Position numbers and translations under genes: made by a program. This document shows, one piece after another, positions 47,400 to 63,900 of a DNA stretch of 64,000 nt. Source of the DNA: Psammoneis japonica (lineage: Eukaryota); NCBI GenBank assembly GCA_008632985.1, contig QPGO01000083.1:285075-349074 (forward strand). Reading direction: 5' to 3'. Every line of letters starts with the position of its first letter. Position 1 is the stretch's first letter. Under the pieces are notes generated by a model. It had not been told where the DNA came from. It worked only from the letters and a program-made list of their open reading frames with translations, and searched no databases.

Positions 47400-49340
47400 C
47401 TGCGTTTGGAAATTTTCGCGCAAACTCATTGAAGTCTTTTCTCATTGTCAACGCGCAGAGCCATGTCAACCACACAAAAACGTTGGGCATCCACAGTGGC
47501 TCCATGGAGCCGCTCCAAGAGAAAAGATTGATCATGCTGCCAAAAACCACCTGTGTCACCATTGGTCAAAAGAAAAATGCTGCTCACATGTCTTGGACAC
47601 AAAAGTGCTGGGGGGGGAAAAGTCATGGACCTGGTGGCCGCTGCTGCGTTGCTCAAACAATCATGTCTGGGCAGCATGGCTCAGAAGACAGTCAATCAGG
47701 AAAGCAAGTCATGGACTGTTTGACAGCTCTTGTCACTTGTCAAAAAAGCAGGCAGTTTGTGGGCACCCATCATTTCAGCTGCTGGCTGACGGGTTCCAAT
47801 CCCAGGTGGGACTCCGTGTGACATTGGGCCCGCAGAATTCTACGTGCGAGCTTCGCAGCAAATCTCACAGCAATGAAAATGTGAATGATCACCAACAGAA
47901 AAAGAGGCAATTTTACGAACGCATCTCCTCCTTCAGACTTGCAGCACATGAACAAAAGTTTGCATGGGTGTGTTCTGCAGACATTAAAGAACACACCCAG
48001 CACATTTTCATTGTCACAAATGTTGAAAATGGAAAGCGTTTGGCTTCGCAAAATAGGAAGCATGAAACAATTTCGTAGAATGTCACATTTTTTGTTGCTT
48101 CATTTGGCACTCATGGCAAAGACTTTGAAGGCAGTGCCAGGTGGTCAAAGTGCCATAAAGAGAGAGAAGCAGAGCTGCTTCCTCCAACAGATTTTGGAGC
48201 TGAGAACAAGATGAGCTCAAGAAGCTTGAAATCCAGTGTGCAGCAGAGCCAAGAGCAGCTTTTTTGTCAGCAATGAAGTGTCATTGCCATGCATGGAATT
48301 TTTGGCAAGAGTGCAGTGTTCATTTGTGGTGATGTGGCCTCCACTGATGGAAAGAGTTTGCACCAAGTTTTCTGGCACCAGCGCTGCTGCTGAGTGCAGA
48401 ACACACTCGTCACCCACCAGAAAGGCTGGGCCAAGATGCTGTGTTCTTCAAAAAAATTGCAAAGCTTGCAAAACAAAAACCAGCTGGGTTCATCATCAGC
48501 AACTGAAGTGGCTTTTCTGTGAAAATGCAAACAGTTGCTCTCATGCTGGAACTGCACTCTTGAGAAATGGTGCACAGAGATCAGCACACTCAATGCCATC
48601 ATCCCATCTGCTGGTGTCTTTTGAAGTGGCTCTGACTTGCTGCCAGCAATGTTGGTTGACACACCATGGTGCAAATGCTCATGCAATCAAGCACATGGAT
48701 GCAGGTGAACACCCCAGATGAGCAAATTCAAAGAGCAGTGAAGCAGCACATCAATTTTTGTGCATGTGGCAAGAGAAGCAAGACAAAGCTGGTTTTTGCA
48801 GGTCTGTGGCAGGTGGCTCTGAACTGCATTGTCAATTGAGGCAAGAATGGAGAGCTTTCATGCCCATCAACCAAATCAACTTGTCACTTTGTGGCCTGGT
48901 TGTTGTGGTCCCATGCATTGTGCACAGCAGGAATCTGATGTCAACACACACAGCTTTTCTTGCCAGGCTGGTGGCTGCCCCCCTTCTTTGATGATGGCTG
49001 CTGTTTGGAAAAGCTTCTGCCTGTGCCTTCAAATTTGTCCACATTTGTCCATTGTGACATGCAAAGCCACTTCATGGCCATTTGTGGCACATGAGAAGTT
49101 TTTCACTGTGAAACAGGTTTGGTGCTGCTGAGAAAAGTTGTTTTTTGGGGGCATTTTTGGCCGAAGCTCGACTCGCACAAGAAGGTTCCATGATGCCCCC
49201 ACAAAATTTCAGCGCATTACAACATTTCAGTGCATCTCCATGTTGTGCATGGATTTTGGCAACGACACCCGGCAGGCCATCATGGCAGTGAACACACACA
49301 GATTGAAAAGAAGAAAAATTCGGAGGAGTCGATTTTTTTC
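47400..49340. other. TpA- and CpG-depleted hypermutated block between tRNA-Tyr and the Ca2+-ATPase promoter
   Basis: Near absence of TA. Contains a repeat shared with ~63640-63770. Confidence 0.85.
47790..47910 (+). repeat. Dispersed repeat, second copy at ~63640-63770
   Basis: ggtgggactc..gtgtgacatt..gggccc[g/a]cagaattct[a/g]cgtgcgagct..gcaatgaaaatgt[g/a]aatgat in both copies. Confidence 0.8.
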
Positions 49341-49675
49341 TCTTAGCCACGCACGGTCAGACGGGATAGACATCTTTCATATTGCTACTACAATCCGTGC
49401 ACGACCAAGCCCGTATGTAGAAATCTACTTTAATTAGTACGGGACACACTCCAACGGATCATTTTTCAATTTTTTGCGCAAACTTCAACGTGGAAGCCAC
49501 CAACCACAAAAAAACAAACAGGCGAACGGCACGACCAACAGGCGAAACAAATAACAAATAACAACACAATCATTGGTTTTTTTGAGGGGGCACGTGGCCG
49601 ACAGTTGTTGAACTTCGCTGCAACAAAAGCAGACTGCGAGACCAATAGATCGTCATTTCCAATCTCTCTTTTGCC

Positions 49676-52928
<3,253 letters not shown>

Positions 52929-53690
52929 ATGTGGATTCAACACTGTTGGGGACCATAACTGGAAGATGATTGTGCTAGCAATTCACATGCATGTTTCTGT
53001 TGGTGTAGTTTTTAGATTGTTTTTAACCTGAGGGAGGAAATCATTTGGACGTCTGCCATTGTATTCCACGACCTGTTTGATACATTTCTAGCCTTTCTCA
53101 GTCTTCCACCAAGATTGCACTTCGTTAAGCCGCATTTTGGATATGGGTTCGATGAAGGTTCAGAGAGATTGCCTCTTACCGTACGCCCGTAGTTGTACAG
53201 AAGGCTGCGCTCTAGCTAGTTGCGTGCTCACCACGAACCTGAACGTGCGCGACCAACTAGCCCTACCCCGGCTAACTCACAAGTAAATATTTTTTGTTAA
53301 AATACAAACATATCAAAAAAAACGAGTGAGATAGTGAAACAAAAGATCAATACGATTGGATTGCAACAGAGAGCGAAAATGAGTATCGAATCGTGGTGTA
53401 AATGCAAAATCCATTTTTCATCTTACAATTGGCCGTTTACCTTTCAACACAAGCAATGTATCTTCATTCTATATGACTAGTAGATAGCGTTGGTATTGTT
53501 GAAAGGATTGGAAATAGTCTAAAAAGCCGCTCCGATTCTCATGGTGTGTGGTGTTTTGAGTTTGGAGGTATGATGCGCACACGTGACTGATGAGTCCCGT
53601 CTAACATGACAGCGCGAAAGCTCAGTGCAGCAGTGATGATGTACCGGTACGAATTTTTGTACTATGTACAACATGTGCCTGTACGTCTTA

Positions 53691-53966
53691 TGATAGAAAT
53701 TGAAGGCAAATGGCAAGAATTCAAACAATAACTCCTTGCTGCTGTCTAAATAGCAGATGAGTCTCCGCTCAGAGACCGTCACAGGAGCCGAAGGACGTGC
53801 AAGTCGGCATAATCGGGCTACTGTCATTATTCTTGTGAGCCTTGTGGCTCGAAAGCAAACCACATCGCGCGTGAACGCGCGGAACTAAAGCACACAAAAC
53901 TGTGCACGGTAAACTAAACAGCGCGCGATGCTTCGCGCGCACCTAAATCCTGTTCAAATCCTGTCA
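53691..53966 (-). repeat. 3' LTR of copia copy 2
   Basis: Direct repeat of 60684-60959, preceded (element sense) by PPT-like ggggag. Confidence 0.97.
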
Positions 53967-56900
53967 CTCCCCAGTTTGCTTGAGGAGCCACAGAAACAGA
54001 TTCGACTTCGGATGGAATGAAGTTCCAGAACATGAGGGGGCGGAGAAGGTCCCAGATTTGGGAGTGACCCCAATGCTTGCTGAGAATGTCAGCAGGGTTG
54101 CGGGAGCCTTCGATGAAGTGGAACTCAAGGTGACCAGAGGCAATTGCCTCACGCACACGGTGGAATGACAGTGCGGTGTGTCGCTTGTGTAACTTGGAGT
54201 GCGGGATGGTGGCACTGTCTGCAACCGACTTGTTGTCACCGAACATGTGACCAACGTTGCGGATCGGGACGCCAAGGCAGCGCAGGGTGATGCGCAGGTC
54301 GACAATCTGCTCAACACAAGTCCTTGCGGCAACAAATTCAGACCCGCAGGTCGCAGTCTCCACGGTGGCTTGTTTCTCAGAGAACCAATCAGCCGGGAAT
54401 TTGTTGAGGAAGTGGAGCATTCCCATGACAGAGCGTCCGGTGAGCATGCAATGGCACAAGAAAAAACAATCTGCTCAACACAAGTCCTTGCGGCAACAAA
54501 TTCAGACCCGCAGGTCGCAGTCTCCACGGTGGCTTGTTTCTTAGAGAACCAATCAGCCGGGAATTTGTTGAGGAAGTGGAGCATTCCCATGACAGAGCGT
54601 CCGGTGAGCATGCAATGGTGCAAGTTTGCATCGACGTAGTGGGTGGCAGTGACGAACTTGCCAAGGGGCGGTGGAGCGTCCTTCGGGATCATCTCTTCTG
54701 CTTCACCACACACGGAATGCATCCATTCATGGGCCGGAGCAGGGAGATCCGAATGGTCGGGCTCTTCCGTGCGAACGCGGAGAGCACCGTGTCGCATCTT
54801 GGAGAGGCACCCACAGACGCGCTTGGCACGATCCAAGTGGCCTTGACGGGGCGCAGCTCGGAAGCTAGAGAGTGACATGACGGCCGTGGCAATGTCAATT
54901 CGACCAAGGGACACTGCCCATTGGAGTGAACCAACAAGAGACTGGAACTTGTGGATGCCATCGGGTCCCAGCAGTTCGGAAGTGTCCAGTTCGGGGTGGT
55001 CACCCTTCTCTAGAGGTGACAGGGCGTTGGTGGCAGGTTTCTCCCCAAACAGTCGGGCACAGCTGTCGACCATGCGCTCGATGTACTTGCGCGGAGACAG
55101 GCACAAGGTTCCGTCGGGTTCCCGGGAAAAGTCGCAACCCAGATGGAACTCAATGGGTCCCGCACCCTTGAGCTTGAACTTGTGCTTTTCCGTGAGGGTG
55201 TCGACGAAAGATTGAGGGTCCTTCATGGCAATGGCGAGGTCATCCACATAAACGGCAATGCATTCACAGTGGTCGCCGTTCCTGCACATCCAAATGTGGG
55301 GTTCGGCGCGGCAGGGGAAGAAGCCTTCAGCTCGCAGGCAGTCGGCGAAGCGCTCGTGCCAGCGGAGACCGGAGCTGCGCAGTCCATGCAGTGCCTTGTG
55401 GATGACAAGGATGTGTCCTTCGAGTTTGCCGAACTCGGGTCCAGCTGCAATGTAAAGCTTCTCCTTGGTGGTGGCTTCAAGGTGGGCATTGCCAATGTCG
55501 GTGGCCCATGTCTCCAACTCGTTGAGTTCGGCCAGGAAAATCATCAGCCGAAGGCCACGGAGGGAGACTGCTCCGGAGTGGACACTGTCGACAGGCACGT
55601 CCGTGAGGTGCCCGTCGGCTACGAGTCGTGCCTTGTGGCGACCGTCGTGTTTCACGTCGCACACCAGGTGCACTTGGATCTTCTTGTGTCCCGCAGGAGG
55701 AGTGGAAGACTTGAAGGGCCCGCAGTCATGGAAGACTTCGTACTCGTCGAGTTGGTCCATCTCGAGATTAGTTGCGTCTCCCCACTTGCGGTTGCCGTTG
55801 CGTTCGTCCAGTGACATGGCATGTTTGCAGTTCCGGGGAACTTCGTGTCCACACTTGCAGCGAGGTGCAGTGCGGAAGGAGCGAAGCTTGGCTTGGTTGG
55901 CCATGCGAAATGGCTTCTTTTGGCGCCTCGCGATGGTGCGGAACCGCTTCCAGCCATCCGTGTCGAGGAGTCCGTTCTCTCGTGCATAGATGGCACAGGT
56001 GACGGGGTCGTCCTTGGCGATGATGGCAAGAGGCTCGGACGTGATCTCCCCACTTTCCCATTCAAGCATGATGTTGTAGCTGGAGCCTTTCCAGGTTGGG
56101 TCGTGAGGCTTCAGAGGTCCTTCGTGTGACACGATGCGTCGAAATTTCCAAACAGTGGTGTCTTCGTCTTCTTGCTCAATGTGATTCATGATGTCATTGC
56201 AGGCAAGGACTTCCTCGCATTCGTCATTGTTGACAGAGCAGACGAACTTAGTGAGCTCGGGATTGCCGTTCACTTTCCATTCGTGGTCTTCGACGGCCTT
56301 GACGATGCGAGCTCTGTGGCGTTGTCCGTCCTCTTGTGGCTGCATGAGGAAGGCACGTCCAATGATGTCTTGCGGATCGAAAACTGGCATCTTGGGTGTC
56401 CTGATCTCCCCATCAGGAGAGTCGACGGGGTTGTCGTCATGGCGAGATTTGATGATGGGTTCAGGTGGCTCCCCATCAGGAGGATCAAGACGCAGGTTTC
56501 GGACGGCAGGATCGGGGGTGGCGGAGCGGACGTTGGACCGGCAGAGGATCTTCTGATTCTCATCAGATAGAATCTTGAAGGTCATCTGGTGGCCGACGTG
56601 CTCAGCAATGCCAACGAAGCGTCCACGCAACTCACGGGATTCGGACGGCCAATCGGAGTCATCGAGGTGGAAGCACACGGGTTCCCACCAGTGAAAGCGA
56701 AGCAATGGGCTGATGTCCGGGGTGGAGCCAGTGAGAGTCTCAAGGGGCATGTGCCAGTGGAGACGTGGGGACGCTGCATGGTTGAGCATGAAGCACACGC
56801 ACATGAGCGCCAGCAGCCATGCATGGGCGGGCGAACCAAAACGATCCATGACAGTGTTCGCCATGCGCTTCACGGTCTGGTGTCGACGCTCGGCAAAGTT

Positions 56901-59744
56901 TTGGTGTTGCTGGTGAGGCTCACTTTGCCAGCTAGAGATGAAGAGGGCGCGCAGGATCCCGAGCACTTTGTTGCTGATCTCAACTTGAGCACGGTCGCTA
57001 ATGAGTTTGGATGGGGCACCACGTTCACGGATCTGATCCTCGAGTGTGTTGACAAACTCTTTGTCCGTCTCAGTGCCGCAGACGTCAGTGACGGTAGACT
57101 CGGTGCCAACAAACAGTTGGGCGCTGGTGCAACCAGAGTCGACGGCCGGGGTGTCGGCACAAACGGTGTCAGTGGCGACAGGCTCGTTGCGGCGGTGCAC
57201 ATTAAGGGCGGGGTTGGGTGATTTGTGGGCCTTGCGAAGGTGTGCACCGGCGGGCATGCGGGCGCACTGCGTGGTGCAGTCAAAAGTACGACGGACCGCA
57301 TCGGCAGGTGGGAAGCCAAAGCAAGGCCGAAGAGACTCGAAGGGGGGGTCCTTGGGCTGTACAGTGCGCTCCGGAGGTGGAACATCATCGCCCTGGGGGC
57401 CAATCGCATGCAGATGACACTCGTAGAACACGTCGTCGTTCGGAATGAGGTGATCATCGAGGGCGGACGCGTGATCGGCAGACAAGGAAGCGGACATGAT
57501 GGTCTCGTTGACAACGACACGATGACGGCAGTTGCCGCATTCGTCAAATAGGTTGGCAGTGGGATCGTCCTGCAGGTCAGAGATCGCGTCGCACCACTGG
57601 TCGTCGTCAGTGACAGAGTGATCGAGGACGGAAGGGTCCCATGTGTCATCACCGGTGAGGATGACATGGGGCAGGGTGTCCCATTCGGCGTCAGTGCAAG
57701 GTCGCATGGCAACACAAGGCAGGCCAGCCTTGATGTCAATGGGGATGACACAGCCATCAGGAGTGGCAACACGTTGCAAGCCGTTGGGCACCTTGACAGA
57801 GCGATCGTTGACATCCTGTTTGTGCCATTCGAGCTGGCCGCAGGAATGGATGGTCTTGCCCTTGCCCGTGCATGCGCACTGATGGAGTGTGGCGATGACG
57901 GGACCACGCTGGGTCTCAATGACGGCACCAGCGGTGACAATGGGGATGTCCACCAATTGATGATCGTCAATGCCCTGAACGTCGACTTGGCGAGAGGTGC
58001 GTGCAATGACGCGAACGTCGTCGCCAGCAATGCCGCCGTTGGCCCCACGATCGACTAGAGCGCCAGTGCGTGTGGAGCGATGAGCAGAAGCAGAGTGAAT
58101 GACATTGTGGTTGTTGACGCGGCGGCAAGTGCGACCGTCAAGTTCCATGTCATCTGCAGAAGCTGGTGGGGTAGAGGAAGCGGCGGATGGCCCCGGTCGA
58201 CTGGCATTGGGGGCTTGGTTAGGAGACAACAGACGTTGCAGATCACCGGGTGGCAGTGGCTTGCACTTGGTGAGGTGCGCCAGGATGGGATCATCCGAAG
58301 TGGCGTCCACATGTGGAGCGGAGTCACCAGAGTCAGCAGGAGTCGTGTTGGACAAGTTGACATCACCGTCACTCCCAAGGCGTTGGTCATGAAGGTTGGC
58401 CGTAACAGACTCATGGCAGTTGCTGGCTCGCGGGTTGCAGGGAGGTGGACGAGAATGCTCAAGGATGATCGCCTTGGAGGAATCGGGCAACGAATCCCAG
58501 AGCCGTTGGTGGTCGGGAGGGAGACGTCTCCATTGGACACCGGCGAGGCTGGGACCGCGGGTGCAGGCAGCATTGGCTTGAAGGACGTCAACGTTGCTGT
58601 CAATGTCGTAGAACACATCGTCGGACGGTTCCTCGGAGTGGACGTCGTGTGCGTGTGTGGCGCATCGGGGAGCTCGAGGTGTCGTCTTGGGTTGAAATGT
58701 GCTGTCGCACTGAGCTGCGGCGGAGAGGAGCAAGCCACAGTGTTGATCGCATGTGAGGCTCTTGCCACTCTGTGTACGATGCTGATCAGCTTGGTTCTTG
58801 ACAGCACGGAGTTCCTCGACAGGGTGCACGGCATTCTCGAGCATGACGCGCTTCTGTCCTTCAGAGAAGTGGTCACTGGCCGGGATGAGTGCCTCGCACT
58901 TGCGCAACTGATCTTGCCAATGAAGGATGAACCCGTGGGTCAGACCTTTCCAAGTGCCATCACCAAGACACGCGGTGGTGAGGCACGTGAGCAGGGTGGA
59001 GGACTCGACAGATGCGCGGGTGGAGGCAAGCGCGTGCTCAGACAAGGAGCGGCAGACGGTCTGTGCGTCAGAAGACCCCACATTTTCGCGAATGAGAGCC
59101 TTGCCCTTGTCGGTGAGAAGGATGCGTTCGAAGACGGCGAACATGCACTTTTGCTGTTCAGCAAAGAGCAGTTTGTCTTCGGGGCTGGTCGGTTTGTACG
59201 ACGAGTCTAGAATGCACTTGACGTCTTGGGCACGGGCTTGTGCCACAAGTGAGGTGTGCCAAGTGTGCCACTGCTTGTCAGATTTGAGAGCCGTGAAAGT
59301 GGGATCACGCTTGATGCCTCGCTTGAAGTCCCGCACCGGGTCGCGTGCCTTGGTCGAGTTGGTGACATGTGGAGGTGCAAGGGGTGAGCTGCCGATGGAC
59401 ACAGAAGACATGTGGTCGGGGCTGAGGCGGCAGGCAAGGAACTCGTCATGCGTGAACAAAGAGGAGTCGTTGGCAACGTCAAGACCTTTGTGTGCTTTGA
59501 CAATGTACAGACTGACTGGTGCTGCTAACATGTTCTCATAACCACGGGGCAAAGGGATTGCATTGGCGCCGTTGTCGCACTCAAGCGAGTCGATTTGGGA
59601 CGGCATGAATGTGAACAGTTCCTGATGCGAGTCTGTGCCGTCTTGGGCCAAAGCCAAACGAAGAGGACTCCCAGCACCTTGGGCAAGCACGGTTCCAACC
59701 ACGTGCTCGAAACCATCGGTTTGTTGCTGACGAGTGAGAACCAT
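53914..59744 (-). pseudogene. gag-pol polyprotein of copia copy 2, Tyr-depleted and frameshifted in RNase H
   Basis: ORF from ATG 59744. Conserved Tyr replaced by Cys/His. A tandem duplication with 164-bp period (54302-54624) shifts the frame. Confidence 0.9.
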
Positions 59745-60683
59745 GGTGGACAAAGGTGGTGTCAGGACAATCAATTCTGGTTGGGAAGCGAAGGTAGACT
59801 CGAAACTTGGGTGAGAGTGGACTTGACTTGAAATGGACTTGACTTGAAATCTTGAACTGTCTTAAAATCAGAAGTCGCCGGGCTTTGTTGTCCCGTTCGT
59901 TGTCAAGTGCTAAACTTCCCATCCGGTCCGTAGAGTTGTGCCGGCACGTCCGAACCCGCAGCTGGTGGCGCTTTGGGTTGCTTGCGAGTGGAGCAGCGGG
60001 TTGCAAACCCCTGCAGGCAAGCTGACTGGAGGTGGACAAGACCCCCGAACCGTTCTCATTTTGTGTCGGTTGGATTTCCCGATCAGGCTGGCCAGTTGAC
60101 GCAGGCGTTGGGCGCTGTGGACGAACGAACAAACGCGGGAAAGCACCCTCGCCCCAACGCAGGCTGCAATCACGGCCACCTGCTCTCACAGTCGTCCTCG
60201 TGGACCTGGCAGAACTGTAGAGCACCAGCAGTCCGGGGCAGATCAGGTGCAATGGACTCGGTGTGCTTGTAGAGTGGCAGCAAAACCGCAGTCCGAAGAG
60301 TGGACAAAGGTTCTTGGCCGTGAAGACATGTACACACACACATGTCTTCAGCGACTAAGATCCTTGAACATGTGGGGTTCTTGACCGTTAACCGAGGAAC
60401 AGGTATATCAAGGGATGTTGATCAAGGATAGACTTGGATATGACCGTTGAATGTAAGTCTTCAGCGATCAAAGGTAGTGCAATCAATCCAGATGTCCAGC
60501 GGCAAGGAGACTTGACGGTGACGTTAACTTCCTGCCGATGCCCTGGTGTTGAATGCGCGTAGACTTGCCGATGTATGTAGAACACATACGGAGGTCCACG
60601 TAGAATTGAAATAGCGTCGTTGGTAAATCAACGACGACGATGGCGGTTGCTCAATGGGTTGACAATGAGCAAGACTGTTAATC

Positions 60684-60959
60684 TGATAGAAATTGAAGGC
60701 AAATGGCAAGAATTCAAACAACAACTCCTTACTGCTGTCTAAATGGCAGATGAGTCTCCGCTCAGAGACCGTTGCAGGAGCCGAAGGACGTGTAAGTCGG
60801 TGTGATCGGGCTACTGTCATCATTCTTGTGAGCCTTGTGGCTCGAAAGCAAACTACATCGCGCGTGAACGCGCGGAACTAAAGCACACAAAACTGTGCAC
60901 GGTAAACTAAACAGCGCGCGATGCTTCGCGCGCACCTAAATCCTGTTCAAATCCTGTCA
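60684..60959 (-). repeat. 5' LTR of copia copy 2
   Basis: Direct repeat of 53691-53966, followed (element sense) by gattaacagtc. Confidence 0.97.
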
Positions 60960-60964
60960 TCTTA

Positions 60965-63900
60965 CGTGCTCTGGTGGCACTTTGACAGCGACTCCCTCCA
61001 ACACTGACGTGCTGAGTTTCTCACAAAAAAACACACACAAGCAACCATGAGCAGCCCTGTGAATGCTGCAAGCAGCTTGGTGTCTCCCATGTGGTGTGGC
61101 TGGGCTTGTCCATTCTTCGAAGCACAGCAGCTGTGTTTGCCATGTGACAAGCATCCGGTCGGTTGCTGTTTCGACTTTAAACTGTGGTGTCTGACAGGCA
61201 TTGTTCTTGAACAGTGAATTAAACAGCTGTCAAATTGTCCCTGTCACCCTTTGTGGGCACTGGGGAATGTGGGTCTGCTGCTGTGGGGTCGGTCCTGATC
61301 AACTTTTCTGCCGCACTCAACCGGTGCACTGGAAATGTGGGTCAGCTGGCGCCGGCACAGCCAACAACAGCTCAGTGGAACTTAAAACACAGATTTGGTT
61401 TTTCTTTAATTGACAATCTGTGCACATTGTCAGGAGTTGTGTGTGTCCACCCCACTGAGAAACTGTCATCGAACAGGTTGATGGGCATGCAAAGATGACC
61501 GGCAGACACTTCAACAGTGTCGCCCCATTGCTTCAGCTTGACCTTGCTCTGTTGTTGACATGGATTTGTTTTCTTGTGCAGAGCTTTCATCCTGCCATCA
61601 TCCATGGGCAGTCAACACATGAGATCAATGGAAAACACAGAGAACGTCCCTGCCAAGCAGAGATTCGCTGGTGTGGTGCTGCAGATGATGGTTTGGCAGT
61701 GAGCGCAACAGGTTTGTGGAGCTGTTGGAACAAGCAAGAGCCAGAAAAGTTGTAGGTTGATGTTGGTGAGATGGTGCTTCATGAAGACTGGCCTCAGAAA
61801 CTCCAAGAGGAGCACAACAAATGCGCTGGAAATGCCAGCCAGCTGTGCAACAACCCCCAGCTGTGTCCCCAGAGAGTGCACTTGACTGTTTTCAGTCAGC
61901 CCGGCTTTTCCATTGCATCGTTCTGAGATGCTTGAATGTGGAGCTTGAACCGCTGGGTTGTCCTCAGAAAAATGCTTCTGATCCAGCATTCGTTGATGGC
62001 TTGCATTGTTGCCATGTGTTTCATGATGAGGTCCAAGACCCAAGTTGACATTTCTCAATGCTTCCTTGTGGCACATCTCTGAGCTTCCTCTTCCACATTC
62101 AGAGCTCAATGGAGCTGCATTTCTGAAACTCCCTGAGTTGCACCATGCCAGCACTGCTGAGTTCCTGCAATCCAGCAACATTTGTCCATCGCAGCAGGCT
62201 TGGGAATGTTTCTCTCTTCACCCCAATGATGGTGCTGGATGCAGAGCACACAGCAGTGGTGTGCGCATTGGCTGAAACCAGCAGTGCATGAAGCACAACA
62301 GCTTTCAATCACTCCTCCCACAATGCGTCCAAGATTGTGCCCATCTTTTGCAGAGGTGGTTGGCTGAGTCGTTTTTTTCTGCCAAACATCTTTTTTTTTT
62401 GCTGGTGGCCTTGCTGCTGAGAATGGTGGGCAGATGATGCACAAAGCGGCAGCCACGCTAACTCAACAAGCACGACTTAGTTTCAGCACTGCAAATTCGC
62501 CGTTAAAATGCCGTGGCTGGAAACTGCAGAAACCAACACACCATGGCGACTCTACGGTCGCTGTTTCCTCAACGGCATCACCTTCAAGAGCCACAACAAA
62601 GAACAACATTTCACATCTCGTGAACTTGTGTGTGGCAGAATTGACACATGCAAGTGCAATGGGCTCATTGTTGACTCATGCAGTCAAAAAACGATGGGAA
62701 AAAAATTGAACATTTTTCAGCTGTTTTCACTGCGATCAATCAACATCAAAGCACAGCAAGGCACACACATGTGAAATGAATTGCACGACATTGATGTGTG
62801 TCAGTGTTGTGGTGAGTTCATGGCTGTTGATGGAGTGCATTGCATTCGCGGTCGCCATTGTCGTTGCGTTTCAACAAGTCGTGGAAAATTTGAAATCCAG
62901 AACATTTGTGTGTGCAGGCATGTTGTCACTTGTGGGATTTAAACATTGGACATTGCTCTGTGCACAGAGCATTTGCATTTTTCACTTGTTGCAATCTCAT
63001 GTGTGCACAAGGTGTTGGCATTGATTGCCCAATGTGACACACATCAATGTCCAAATGTAAACATCAGACTTGCCGCCAGCAAAAAAAAAGGTGGGGGTGG
63101 TTGTTGGCTTGACTTGCAACACCATAAAAACAAGGCACCGATGGAGTTCTTTTCACTCCCCTTTCTCCACCCTCTCTTTCTGATTCTTGTTCATTGTTGC
63201 CAATTGTTTGAATGGCATGCAAAGTTTTGTCTTGTCATCTGAGAATGCAATCGCGTGAAGCTTCAATTTTTCAGTCCAGAGCCCATTGGAGGGCCCTCCC
63301 GATGGTCTTCTGGCACTTGCTTTCACCAATGTAGCCATGGCACTTGTGAACAAAAGAATCAGCAAGTTCAGGGCTTTCAATTGCAATGACTTCAAACTTG
63401 GCAAGAAACTTCCCCTGGAGCAAAGGTCACAGCACATTTTCAGCTCGCATTTCACAACTTCTCGTGCTCTCTTTTCTCTGAAAGAAATCCACAGTCATGA
63501 GATTCTCAAGTGGTTCGTGAATTTTCACTCGCGGGTCTCCAGCATCAATGGCAAAGAAGGAACCAGATGTTCCTTTGTCCCGGTTGAAACCTTGGACGAG
63601 ATGAGGTGCCTCTGCCTCAAGAGAGACAAAGCCTTTTGAAGGGCTCCAGTCCTGGGTGGGACTCTGTGTGCGGTGTGTGACATTTGGCATTTGGCGGGCC
63701 CACAGAATTCTGCGTGCGAGCTCCGCAACAAATTTGTCAAGCAATGAAAATGTAAATGATGACAGAAACATCCTTGCCACAACCGCCCCGCTCAAATCTG
63801 AATCTCTGTCATGCCAGTCTCTAGCTAGAGCAGAAGTGCTGTGGCATGTGCAATGCATGTGCGTTGTCAAACAGCTGCAATGGCCACCGCGACTGTCAAC

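Larger units (their letters stand above)
53691..60959 (-). mobile_element. Full-length Ty1/copia (CoDi-like) LTR retrotransposon, copy 2, with 5-bp TSD TCTTA
   Basis: Two 276-bp LTRs (53691-53966, 60684-60959) with TG..CA ends, tctta at 53686-53690 and 60960-60964, and gag-PR-IN-RT-RH order. Confidence 0.98.

Noticed and set aside
53914..59744. Alternative genetic code reassigning TGC/CAC to Tyr
   Set aside because: Host genes use normal Tyr, Cys and His codons, a standard tRNA-Tyr(GTA) is present, and non-coding DNA shows the same change.
53691..60959. ADAR-type RNA editing or reverse-transcription-stage hypermutation as the cause
   Set aside because: That would give one-strand changes and identical LTRs. 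Here A->G and T->C are interleaved, the LTRs differ, and non-retroelement DNA is affected.
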